Shown here: positions 12,253 through 23,300 of the stretch, piece by piece
Layout: every line of letters starts with the position of its first letter
How positions within the stretch are numbered: the first letter of the stretch is position 1
Assembly: GCA_040954595.2 (NCBI GenBank)
Contig: CM082589.2
Span: forward strand, 4,230,213-4,294,212
Direction: 5' to 3'
From: Balanoglossus misakiensis
Lineage: Eukaryota > Animalia > Hemichordata
DNA: 64,000 bases
Made by a program: the position numbers and the translations under genes
Notes under the pieces: model-generated
Told to the model about the DNA's origin: nothing
What the model saw: only the letters and a program-made list of their open reading frames with translations
The model's database searches: none

Positions 12253-15200
12253 CCCCCTCTCCCTCTCCCCCCTCTCTCTCTGAAATGACTCAAAAGGAAT
12301 CAGATGATCTACTGAATTTTCTGTTAGCGCTGAATCCGTGACCATCAAAAAAGAATGCACTTATTCGATTAATCGGACGACGGTCTCGGGGGGTTCTCGT
12401 GCACCGCTTCCGCTTCCGGGCATGACACAGAGAAACGTCAACGGCAATGTTACAATGTATTTCGTTTCCGGGCATCTGATAGAATCTCCACTTTTCTAGC
12501 AGGACGTCACAATCGTAGACCATCGCTCCGATAACCGGCAAATTGCGAATAATGAATAATGAATACAGAGAATATGTGCGGTTTTGTACGCATCTGAACT
12601 CTTTTTTCAGTTAATCGCGTGCCCGCCTACAGACGAAGATTTTTCCCCCTTTTCTTTTATCAGCATCGAGTATAACATCTCATTACAAATGAGTGAACTG
12701 TCGTCTCCTTTTTCTCTTGAATTTAGAGAAATTATGGGTGGATGGCTTCGTTAGATAGAACCTCAGATTTTATTAACAGAGGAAGGAAATGTCATTTCTT
12801 ATTTCTGTGATAGCGTCTTATTCCTTGTTTGACTGACTCGGATTAAAGCGAACGACGCATGCAGAAGATTGGGAGAGAGAAAAAAGTTTACGTTTTCCAT
12901 AATCACCAAGTCACGACCCGCCTTCCAAGAATTACTGTCTAGATTCCACGGACTGTGAAATCGAAGAATGTAAAATGCTTAGCTACACACAAAGAATCAT
13001 TCTGGTTCTAATTATCTTCATGTGTCCCCTTTTCTCTTTGGCTGTCCAGGTTGTCGCGATGAGCGTCTCCGTCTTCACACTCTGCGCAATCGCAATCGAC
13101 CGCTACTTCGCCATCTGTCAGCCGCTGATGTTCAAGAGCACGGCGAAGCGCGCCATCACTGTCATCTGCACCATCTGGGTGACGTCATTCATGGTGCCCA
13201 TTCCGCAGATCGTGGTGTACCGGACACAGCCGGCCGAACTGGCTCCGATGTTTGTGTATTTAACCAAGTGCTATGAGGTAGGGAATGCGTCCCCCGTGCC
13301 AACTTGTAGAATGTGGCTGTAACTGGACCGTGGATGTTTACACAATTCAGACATACAGTCAAGTGCCCAGTGTTTCCAGTTTCACATTTTGTATCTTGGC
13401 GGTTTTCATTTTAGTTGAACGTAAATTGCCCGTGAAATCAGTGGAGCTGTCGTCATCAAAAGATTTAAACGCAGTCGTCACAGCAACAACGCGCACAATC
13501 ACAAAATGGAAAACGCAAAATATCGCCAAATCTTGAGCCCTTAAACCCAAACGATCTCGCCTGGTTCTTTTCGGTAGATTCTATTTCGTTCCGAACTGAA
13601 CATGCGTAAAACATTTTCTTTCGGTGTCGGGGAGCGATTGCGAAACACACTAAGACCTTGTCAGCCGAAGGAAATCTCTCTCTGAACAAATTGTTTGCTT
13701 TCTGATCGTAGCGATTCAATTCCATCAGACGCCAGCCGGATTGCTTTCTATCAGGAGACTTTATGATTTGCATTTAAATATGCTTTTACGGAGTCTATCG
13801 AAAGGATTTCACGCTTGTTAAGTCTATGTAAAAGTAACTAGATTTCAATGAGTGTTTGATTATTTGTCAGCGTTGACCGAGGTGAGTCGCATTAAGTTGT
13901 GATTCAAGTTACACGGCTTTATTTCACGACTATAAAATGTAATCACATTAGTTTTAATGTTGTGATTATACTATTTCTCTTTTTTTATATTTTTGCTATT
14001 TCGTCAAAGGTTGACTGGTTCGGCACAATAGCGCAGAAGGTTTACCACGTTGTCTTGGTGATGATCGTCTACGTCATACCTTTGGTTTTGGTGACCGTGG
14101 CCTATCTGCTGGTCTGCCGCCAGCTGTGGGCTCGAATACCGGGCTCGTACGAGGCGGCCGACGCGAAAGGTTCCGCCCCCAACGGCTCGGCGTCCAGCAA
14201 GGCCGCCGAGAGTCAGTTGAGATCGCGGCGCAAGGTGGCTAAGATGCTGATCGTGGTGGTCATCATCTTCGCCGTGTGCTACCTGCCGCTGCACGTGTTG
14301 AATATTCTAAGGTGGGTGTTGGTTTGATTCACAGTACGTGGCTAATACGCAGGCTAATATCCCCTCTTTCCAGACAAGTAAACCATAGATGTGGTTTTCC
14401 CTGTGCGCAATAAAAAGTGGTGCAAAAATCGTGAAAATAGTCATCTTTCCCGCGGGAATAGTCAAAACTATGCACACGCACATATTGGCACGTAAATTTG
14501 ATTAATTCAAAACTTGACATTCAAAGCAATAATAACTAGGTAGGCTTTTTCGCGGTTTTATTCCCACCTGCCCCGTTTGCCTCTTTTTATTTCTAACTTT
14601 CTCGCTCTGTTCGCTTTCAGGCAATTCCCAGTGTTTGAAAACGTGTCGGATGACAGTCGCAAGCTGTTCCACATTCCGTTCCTGGTGGCGCATTGGCTGG
14701 CCTTCGCCAACAGCGCAGTCAACCCAATCATATACAACTTTCTGTCAGGTGAGCTGGGGGGTATTCGTTGCAAAAGCTAATGGCGTAGGACACAATTAAT
14801 TAACATGCTGTAAATTGGGCGTGATGACTTATTATTCCGCGGGCCTGCCGTTTCGTTAACTCCGTAAACTGTCCAAAAATCAATACACCTGTCCGCTGGG
14901 CAACCGCGCTAGTGTGTCCCCGACTCGGTAATTAGTAAGACATCGCTAACAAATTACTAATCTTCGTTCAAAACTATTAAATGATGGCTCTGTATAATGC
15001 AACGACCAGTGTATAGATATGTTGTCAAAACTGGGCAAAAGAGCCACAATTGGCCATAACTCGATTGTCAGTTGTACATTAATACGCTGTACGTGTTTCC
15101 ACTGTCGTGCCACGTACTTATTTTATGCGTAAATATTTCCGCTATGCCGATAAATGGCGAGCCATATATTCGTCACGCTGGCAAAATTGTCCATTATTGG

Positions 15201-16032
15201 ATAACGCAGATCCCTTTATCGCCTGAATGTCTGTACACACGCGGTTCAAAGTGCAGTTGTTTCGACCAATTCTGCTGGCTAGCCTCGCATTCTTCCGAAG
15301 TCACCAGGCCCATTGAGCTTGACGTGGGTGTTTATTAAGTTATTCACTGCATTCTTCTCGGGACGTCGAACTCTCGATATTTTAATCGAAAATAACGTAA
15401 TACAGCGGTCGCGCGTGTCAAATTGATTCGATTTTTTCCACTCAAAGGCCAGGCCTTTCCATGCACGTTTCCTCAGTATTCCAAATCTGTCAATACGCTC
15501 AGTCACTCGTTGTAAAACACTCAATAATACCGGGGCTTTTCCAGTCTGTATTTCCTGTTTCTAATCCAGCTATGAATGAATACTAAAATATCTATTCGGA
15601 ATAATCTGTTTGATTGACGCCTATGTCTGCACGCCATATTTACATTCTGTGTATCACCAGCCGATACTATGAACTGTCAAACATACCCAGTTATTAATAT
15701 CTATTGACAAGCGTGCAATTTTATTTTTTTATAATTTGGAATATCAGCCGACTGACGTTGATGGCAGTTTTTTGTGGTTGAGTTAAGAGATACTGACTGA
15801 ACGTACACATTTTCACATTTTAGCTAAATTCCGGAAGGAGTTCCAGGCCGCCTTCCGCTGTTGCATCTGTTGCGCATCTGCCAGGCGCAGGAAGCGACGA
15901 CGGATGCATCGCTACCAGAGCTCACTGAACAGCAGCACGGTGTCCAACTCGCGAACGTACACCGAGAACGTGCACTTGAGCACGATCAAGACCAGCAACT
16001 CCCTCTACAACTCGCAATCGCAGTTCCAGTAA
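10344..16032 (+). CDS. HCRTR: Orexin/allatotropin-type neuropeptide GPCR, paralog A; 5 coding exons join(10344..10793,13050..13277,14010..14311,14621..14748,15824..16032), 1317 nt, 438 aa
   Basis: The spliced translation gives 7 TM segments with orexin-receptor signatures: MRTVTNYYIFNLSVAD, CKVIPYFQ, DRYFAICQPLMFKSTAKRA, QLRSRRKVAKML, CYLP, HWLAFANSAVNPIIYNFLS-AKFRKEF. All four introns are GT..AG and keep frame. The ATG is in strong context (AAAATGG) and the stop is TAA at 16030-16032. The symbol denotes family membership, not 1:1 orthology with HCRTR1 or HCRTR2. Confidence 0.95.
10915..11040. repeat. CT-rich low-complexity tract (receptor A intron 1)
   Basis: Degenerate (CT)/(CCT)/(CTGT) runs. 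Confidence 0.7.
12195..12280. repeat. (TC)n microsatellite, ~28 perfect units plus a C-rich tail
   Basis: Read directly from the sequence; produces the spurious ERERER ORF. Confidence 0.95.
13050..13277 (+). CDS. HCRTR: Receptor A coding exon 2 (TM3-DRY-TM4-ECL2; VVAMSVS...TKCYE)
   Basis: Pyrimidine tract + CAG acceptor at 13047-13049; donor GAG|GTAGGG; 76 codons. Confidence 0.94.
14010..14311 (+). CDS. HCRTR: Receptor A coding exon 3 (TM5-ICL3-TM6; VDWFG...LNILR)
   Basis: T-rich tract + AAG acceptor; donor AG|GTGGGT, phase 2. Confidence 0.93.
14621..14748 (+). CDS. HCRTR: Receptor A coding exon 4 (ECL3-TM7; QFP...NPIIYNFLS)
   Basis: Acceptor TTTCAG at 14620; donor G|GTGAGC, phase 1; NPxxY motif. 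Confidence 0.94.
15824..16032 (+). CDS. HCRTR: Receptor A coding exon 5 (helix 8 and C-tail; AKFRKEFQAAFRCCICC...SQFQ*)
   Basis: Acceptor TTTTAG at 15823. This frame is not in the ORF track but reads open to TAA 16030-16032 and is homologous to exon 5 of paralog B. Confidence 0.92.
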
Positions 16033-18827
16033 AGCATTTTTCGTGACGCCGCCGAACGTGGGGAACTCGCTTCCATCTTTAAGGGTTGAAGAGCGCCATC
16101 TAGTGAAATTCGTCATGTCCTACAGACCGACCGACAGCCGCTCACAGCCTAATTCTGATTGGGTGGGAATTTCCTCATCGGTGCATTCACCTGGTTATGT
16201 TTATTGACACGCACTTAACGCAGACGTTGATTGTTAATATCAGGCCTGTACACGGATGCTAAGAAACTTCTTTCGGCGCATTCGTTGATGACAGATGGAA
16301 ACAGTACTGGACAGGACGGGTTACTTGGCCATCTGCACGAATGCACTGGCCGGAAACCTATTGCTACGTGACAGCGTCGCCCTGATGGAATTGTACGTGT
16401 CTTTTCGTACCTATTTTAGATAATGTTTACATGTATAAGACAGTATTAACGCAGAGTGGCAGCGATAGGACCGTGGGTGTACATACAATTCTACACAAAT
16501 GAACCTCGTCCGTTGCCATTAAACTTAACTTAGGGTAAGAAATCTATTTTACGTTTGTAAATCACTACAATTGTACAATCATCACATACACGTGAAATTA
16601 TCTGTATACACATTAATCTCACACGATTTACATGAGACTTTCATGACTTTTAAATTGACCTTAGTCAACTGTTTCAATTTCAACACATGTTCGATTTACT
16701 GTACATACAAACACCCATTTGATCCAGAAATACAAACTGCAATTGTATTCATAAACACAAATTTATGTTTTCACAAAATCATTTTACTACATAGGCTAAA
16801 TACTGCATAAAGGCTTTTAGGGGAAACTATCATGACTGATATGTTCGTATTATAATATTTGTATCTCTACATAACTAAACAATTTTCTTAGGTTGCATCG
16901 ATAAAATTGATCCACACTCGTCACGTGGTGTCTGTTTAAAGAACTTGTTTTGTTTTCAAATAATCTGTACTTTCGTAGAGAGCATATTTCACCTTGAAAC
17001 TTGAAAGCATATGAATGTGCTTGTATATTAATCGATGTAAGACATTTACCCTTTTTGTACAATCATTGTATTTTAATGTGTGCATACATGAATAATACCT
17101 TAAATTGAAACACGCGAAGTAGGTATACTGTATATGTAGAGCTTGAATAATGTACATACCTGAAAATCATTTGTAAAATATTCAATTGAGTGTTCTACGT
17201 GTATTTGTGAAGTTTTCTTAATATGTGAAAACAAAATTCACATAATCCAATGGCTACTGACTCTGGAACAAGTATAAGTTAAAGGTATGTTGATTAAAAT
17301 TAAACCGATATCTTCTCTGAGTGATGTTCATTGCGTGTCATCGTCTGATAGACCATGTTTTTGGAGCCGTGAAAAGAAGTAGCCGTTATTTATGTGTTGG
17401 CATTGAAAGCAGAGTGTTACGGCACGCTGGCCGTTCAGTTCCGAAACATGGCAGTGAGCAAATAGACTTACTGAATGGCTCGCTTTGGTGAACCAACCAG
17501 CGCAGCACGCAACAAAGACGGTCAACAATAGGCACACCACACGTTGTTTCCTTGCTTATGGAAACTTTTAATTACTACAACTAAACATTGGTAAATATAA
17601 AATGGTTGTACACTGAGAAAAAAATAATAAGTGACTACCTTAAATGTGACCAGGTGTGGGAAATGAAAGACTAAAGTCCAAGGTTCTGTAGCGCACGACG
17701 AACGCGACCAGCGCCACGGCAGTCCCAACAGCGACGTTCAGTCCGAGTGGCGTTCTGGCACAATTTCCCCGGTAGACGACAAGGCTTTCAGACGAATTCC
17801 TCATGAGGTCGCACGGCTTCTGGGCGCGGTTTCCAGACCAGTGCAACGGGAAATACGGCACAGCTTCCAAGCCGGCAAGGAACGGAAGAGCTCACCCGGG
17901 CAAGTCCAAATTAGCAGCTACGCCGCAACACAACGTGCGGGCTTTTCATATGGGGAAAATAATGAATGCACCACACCTGGTCACGCAAATATTCAAATTA
18001 CGAAAGTAAGCGAAAACACACCTGGTCACAAAACAACAGCAAACTTCTCCTACGAAACAAGAGGAAATATCCAAAGCGCCACCAAGTGTCGAGGGGTAAG
18101 GCAGCGCGGCACGCTTGATATCCCGTTCAATTATTCTGCAGTCATTTAAGCGTGTAATAGTGTTTTCAGTCGAAACAGAAAAGCCACAAATACACTGGAA
18201 TCTAGTTATACTGACAGACCGCGCCCGGTATTGGTGGAGCTGATTGGTCGATCTTGTGAATTTCGCCGAAGTTATGATTTCATCGGCATATACACAACGT
18301 AGCTGTTATCAGCCCCGGGGACATCGATAAGCAGACCATGTTGACAGAGGAAAATATGGTTCATATTACTTTTAAAACGAAACGCTTTTGGGAGTATCTT
18401 GTTTGGACACCTTGAATGCTTTTAATAAATTGCGATAGTGTTAGTGTGACTTTATAAGCGCCACTGACGGTTTTCGAGTGTATTTTAACAAAGAGTAATT
18501 TGCAAAGTTGACTGACACATGGCACTGTTACCATCTGTTGACTGTCGAGGACTCGTTTCAAAGGTTAGACATGAGAAATTTATGCTCGGTGGTCTATGAA
18601 CGCAACTGAGGCAGAGTATGCGATTAGTATTCAATTATTGGGAAATCAGAAATCACCAGTTAGAAAATAGAGAAACTAAAACAGAATATAAATCCGTTCC
18701 TGCAGCGTTTTTAGTTATTCACAAAAAATGAGATCACAGATTCGTGAGTTATGCTTGGTGTCATATGTATTACATAAATAAACGTCAACACAATGCTAGA
18801 AGAGTTGTGATTGAATGATGTAATTCT

Positions 18828-18833
18828 TTTATT
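18828..18833 (-). terminator. Likely polyadenylation signal (AATAAA) of receptor B
   Basis: Plus-strand TTTATT at the end of a ~1.4 kb AT-rich stretch below the stop codon, followed on the minus strand by a GU-rich element (CATTGTGTTGACG). Confidence 0.45.
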
Positions 18834-20208
18834 TATACACTTTGCATGATACAAGGAAAACAACACATGAAATATACACATTCACGTTGTACTTTTTTGC
18901 GTTCACATTAAAATTAGCATCCAGTTGTTTCATAATACCAAAATAATTGCAGACCGGTATTTTTGTGATGCTACATAATTTTTAGCAAGAAACATTCCGT
19001 GTTCTACGTGTTTATGTAATATATAAGCAATCCCTTGGTTTTTGACACGGTTTATGAAAACAGGTTTTGAAACAACATCTGGTTGACTGAGTCTATTATA
19101 AAAGAAACAAATGTTCCTGTACATCCTAAAGGTACATTTTAAATATCACATTTAAACACACCAACACGTTTTCTATTCATAATCGCGACATTTCAAGATG
19201 AAAAAAAAAATCGACGGTTAAAATGTTCCCAGATAAATACAAACCCCAATACCCTATAAAATAAATATGCTTAAATAAACAGTTTAAGGATGTAATAAAC
19301 TCCCTCAAATGAATATCGATATAATGGCCCTTAACATAACATGACACGACAGAGGTAAATATGTGTTAATTAAGTTGCAAAACGATACATGCACAAAATA
19401 TCATTGTGCGAATGTTAATAACTTACAAGGGGAAATATCACATGAATTGGTATTTTCAGCTTTATGTGCTCTTAACGTTTCTGAGCGCGTGACTATATCA
19501 AGAATACTTTAATATAACCCTCTCCCACCAACGTATTGTCTTTTTTAAATTCTTGGTGCAAAGAGGAGAAAGTGAAATTCTGAAGATTTTTGTAAAATTC
19601 TTGGCCTGAAAGTTAATCACAAACAAGCGTCTCAAATCCCCAGAAATATTGGTCCGCCATGCAATTTTGTTATACATATAATACTAGAAGTTTTGCATTT
19701 AAACGCGTCTCAAAAATAAAAGCTGCATTCTTCATTTATATACTTTGCTCCCGGTAAGACCTACAAAACCACCTAAGGTCCTTGGGATCAGAGATTGAAA
19801 ATAATGTAAGCTCTATTGATTACAAAAATGCGACATAACCACAAACGTCTCTGTCTGTGTTTACTACATGTATATAGACAATCTGAATAGCATATTTTGT
19901 AACTGAACGGACAATGAATACCTTCCATCAGATATCTTCTGAAAATATTTCCCCACAAAATTAAAATTAGAAGAATAAGGTATTTTGTGGGATACTCTTT
20001 TTCATATAATTTATCTCAATCAATTTTCCGATGTTAATGTTTTACTATACGCCTTTGTATACCACAACATATACCGGGTTTACTGTTTCAGACATATTTA
20101 GGCTATTACTGATATATACAGCATGTGCATTAACTGTACATAAAAGATGACAATGTCATGTAGTGAATAATGGCGATTATATTCGGTTAACACCTATATG
20201 CGTTTACT

Positions 20209-20396
20209 TCATACATGCACGCCAGTTTTAATGGTTGTCATGGTAATCTGGTCGGTGCACGAGCTGTTTCCGTATGCCTTGGAGGTGGACATCATGGAGC
20301 CATGGTAACCGTCGCGCCGTTTCCTCCGCCTTCGCTTGGAACGCAAGCAGCAGAGGCAACAGGTAAAGGCGGCTTTGAACTCCTTGCGAAATTTGG
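20209..20396 (-). CDS. HCRTR: Receptor B coding exon 5 (AKFRKEFKAAFTCCLCC...TGVHV*)
   Basis: Acceptor TTTCATCTCGCAG; open to TGA; lies in ORF 20209..20433. Confidence 0.93.
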
Positions 20397-23300
20397 CTGC
20401 GAGATGAAAAGAAATGTTGTGATTTATGGCCAATGAAGTATACTCGACCAGGAAAGGAAATTAATTTTCAACGCCTCACTTTGAAAATGTTACAAACGAC
20501 AGAATGCATTTTATCAACGATCGATCGAGACGACTTTGAGTTTTAGACCCTTGCCCTGATTAATACATTTGATGTAGCATTCTATTGATATTCTGCTATA
20601 ACATAAAAATATGCTCAATGCTAAAATATTCACGGTACGCACACTTGTTGTAAATACTCTTATTAACTTCATCCGGTATATTTTATCGCTGGGCCTCCCA
20701 AGACACGTATAAACATCTACTAAAATGGATGAAGCAAGCTGGCCGTTAAGTCTTTCAGATAAACATTACAATATTTAGTGAGCTATGAGTTGAATCACAA
20801 AGGTATAGTGTACGTGAGCAGCTGTAATTTTGACAGAGTGTGTTATGTATACCGACAGTCTGGCATTCCAGTGTAACAATGGCATTCGATGTTTTCAAGT
20901 TTCACATTCAGTTGGGCATTACCAATTGAGTGAACGTATATAAGTTTTATTCGTCAACACTAAAGAGACCATGGGGTTATGCTTGATTTCTGACTCTTTA
21001 CACGTGACTTGAAAATTAAAACAGCCACATCAGCCAGCGCTGCGAAGGTAATTAAGTTGAGTGGTAACATTACTTTTTGAGAAAGGATATAATAGTGGAG
21101 CAGGACAAAGAGAGACGGCCATATAGAGGCAAAGAGATCGATTAACAGGCAGGACTGATATATGGGAGTTGAGAGCAAGACTTGTAACTTACCGCTCAAA
21201 AAGTTATAGACGATTGGGTTGACTGCGCTGTTTGCAAATGCCAGCCAATGGGCGAGCAGGAAAGGAATATGAAACGAACTACGGGCATCATGGACCACGA
21301 CGAATAAGGGAAATTGCCTGAAAAAAGAGAAGAGAAAACTGAATCTTGAGAACCACTCACACAAATCAGTGTTACAACATTTACTGAGCAAATAATAAAA
21401 TACTGTTTGGTTTTATGTCGGCGATATAAGAACACTATTTATGACATCCATTTAAGGACACGCATCGGTTAGGTTAGAAGCAATATTCCTGGCAATTATC
21501 TAGTCTCGACCGCAAGGTGTGTAGAATTCACCAGCCGTTGTTTTACGCTCACTGCAAATAGGAAGCCCCAATATAGTCACGATGTCGTTTAACTTTTACG
21601 ACACTGTCTAGTTAGTATTTCCTTTTGTATAGAAGCAAAATTGCAGATTGTTGATGCTGTGCTAGTAGGAAGGTCTCGCTCACCTCAAAATATTGAGAAT
21701 GTGTAACGGCAGGTAACAGATGGCGAAGAGAATGACCACTATGATGAGCATCTTGGCCACTTTCCTGCGCGACTTCAGCTGGCTCACCGTGGCCCGGTTG
21801 GCGCCGGATCCGTTGGCGTCGTTGTGGCGGTGCTTGGACACGGCCAGTCCGGGGATGGAGGCCCACAACTGCTGGCAGACCATGGTGTAGGCCACGCCTA
21901 TCAGGATTAAGGGGATGGCGTAGATGACCAGGACTAGGGCGATGTGGTAGACCTTCTGCTGGATGGTTCCAAACCAACCGATCTAGAAAGACAGCAACAC
22001 TTATGGGAGTGATTGAAATTACTTTTGAATGTTTATAGTTTCCGTGGTCATTTTGGTCCAGCTCGAGCTGGATTCTCTCCACCACGGCATTTTGTCAGTT
22101 GAGTAAGAGTTACCTGAGACGCGGTATACCGATGCAAATTTTCCCCAAATGAGAAAATGTGCTTCTTGTTTATTATGTGATTGCTTCCCCGAAAGGCCTA
22201 CGGTGCTTGGATGTTCAATAGACTACATCACGCCATCCTGGAGATGGATTAGAAACCTTTTGCCGTTGGCCATTTTACGTCAATGACGCACGCGAGTAAT
22301 CACTCTAAAATCCAAGATGGCGGATGGCAGAGTAGCTACACAGACAAACTTGGCTTCAACTATAGTTTCCGCGGTCGTAACGCGGGAAAACCTAATCGTG
22401 TATTCGGCACGCTTCATCCAACTGTTTGTCGAGTGTCTGATAAGACAGCGATGGTCATGAAAATGCAACACGTTAATTTGGTGCGAACATCAGTGTTCAA
22501 CTCGTGTTGCCTTCAATCGCCACGTCGTGCCTTTCGCTCGAGTTCATGAATTTTAATGTTGAACTCGCAGCACCGTTTCTAATTGACAGGATCACAAGCT
22601 GATTAATTTTAATGATCACTCTGTATGCACACAAGGCCAAAGATGCGTCGCTGATAGGAAAGTGAATCAGAACGCTCGCTGAATCGCGAATTCCGATGGA
22701 AATAATCAGGCAAAATGACAAAATCATATAGTTCATGGACGAATCTGGTAAAACCACAATGTCACACCACCTTCGCAATGCAAATCCAAACATAATCACA
22801 TACACGTTTTGATTCTCAGAACGTCAAGTGACAGATGCATTAAACCGTTTCACTAAACAATACTGAAAAAAAAACAGCCTTATCATGAAATAGCTTACAG
22901 TGTCACTTTTCGAAGAAGAAAAAGAACTTGATAGAGTAAAACTACTTATAAACCCAACTATTGTTTTCTATTGTACTAAACGACTTTCAATTCCAGATTC
23001 CTCGCCAGTGTTCGCCTAAAGCAACGGATCTGTGCCGTAAACATGTTATACCGGGTACTGTAACCCGCATTGCCGCAACTGCACACTTACCGACTACACA
23101 ACGCAACACCGCGTGAAATCAAATAAACGCAGCCACGCAAAGCCCGTGCTTTGACACTAGCGCCATGATTAACGTACACGCATCTCAGGCGCCCAGTGGG
23201 CCGTGCGCGATCTGTTGCCATGGCAGTGTCGCGCAAGCTTTCAAAATATCCGGAACTACGAAATGTCACAATTTTGTTATCAAGAAGTATCCTAGACTCA

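Noticed and set aside
12172-12360. ERERER-rich ORF, and the YLSI-repeat ORF at 53742..54056
   Set aside because: Translations of microsatellites.
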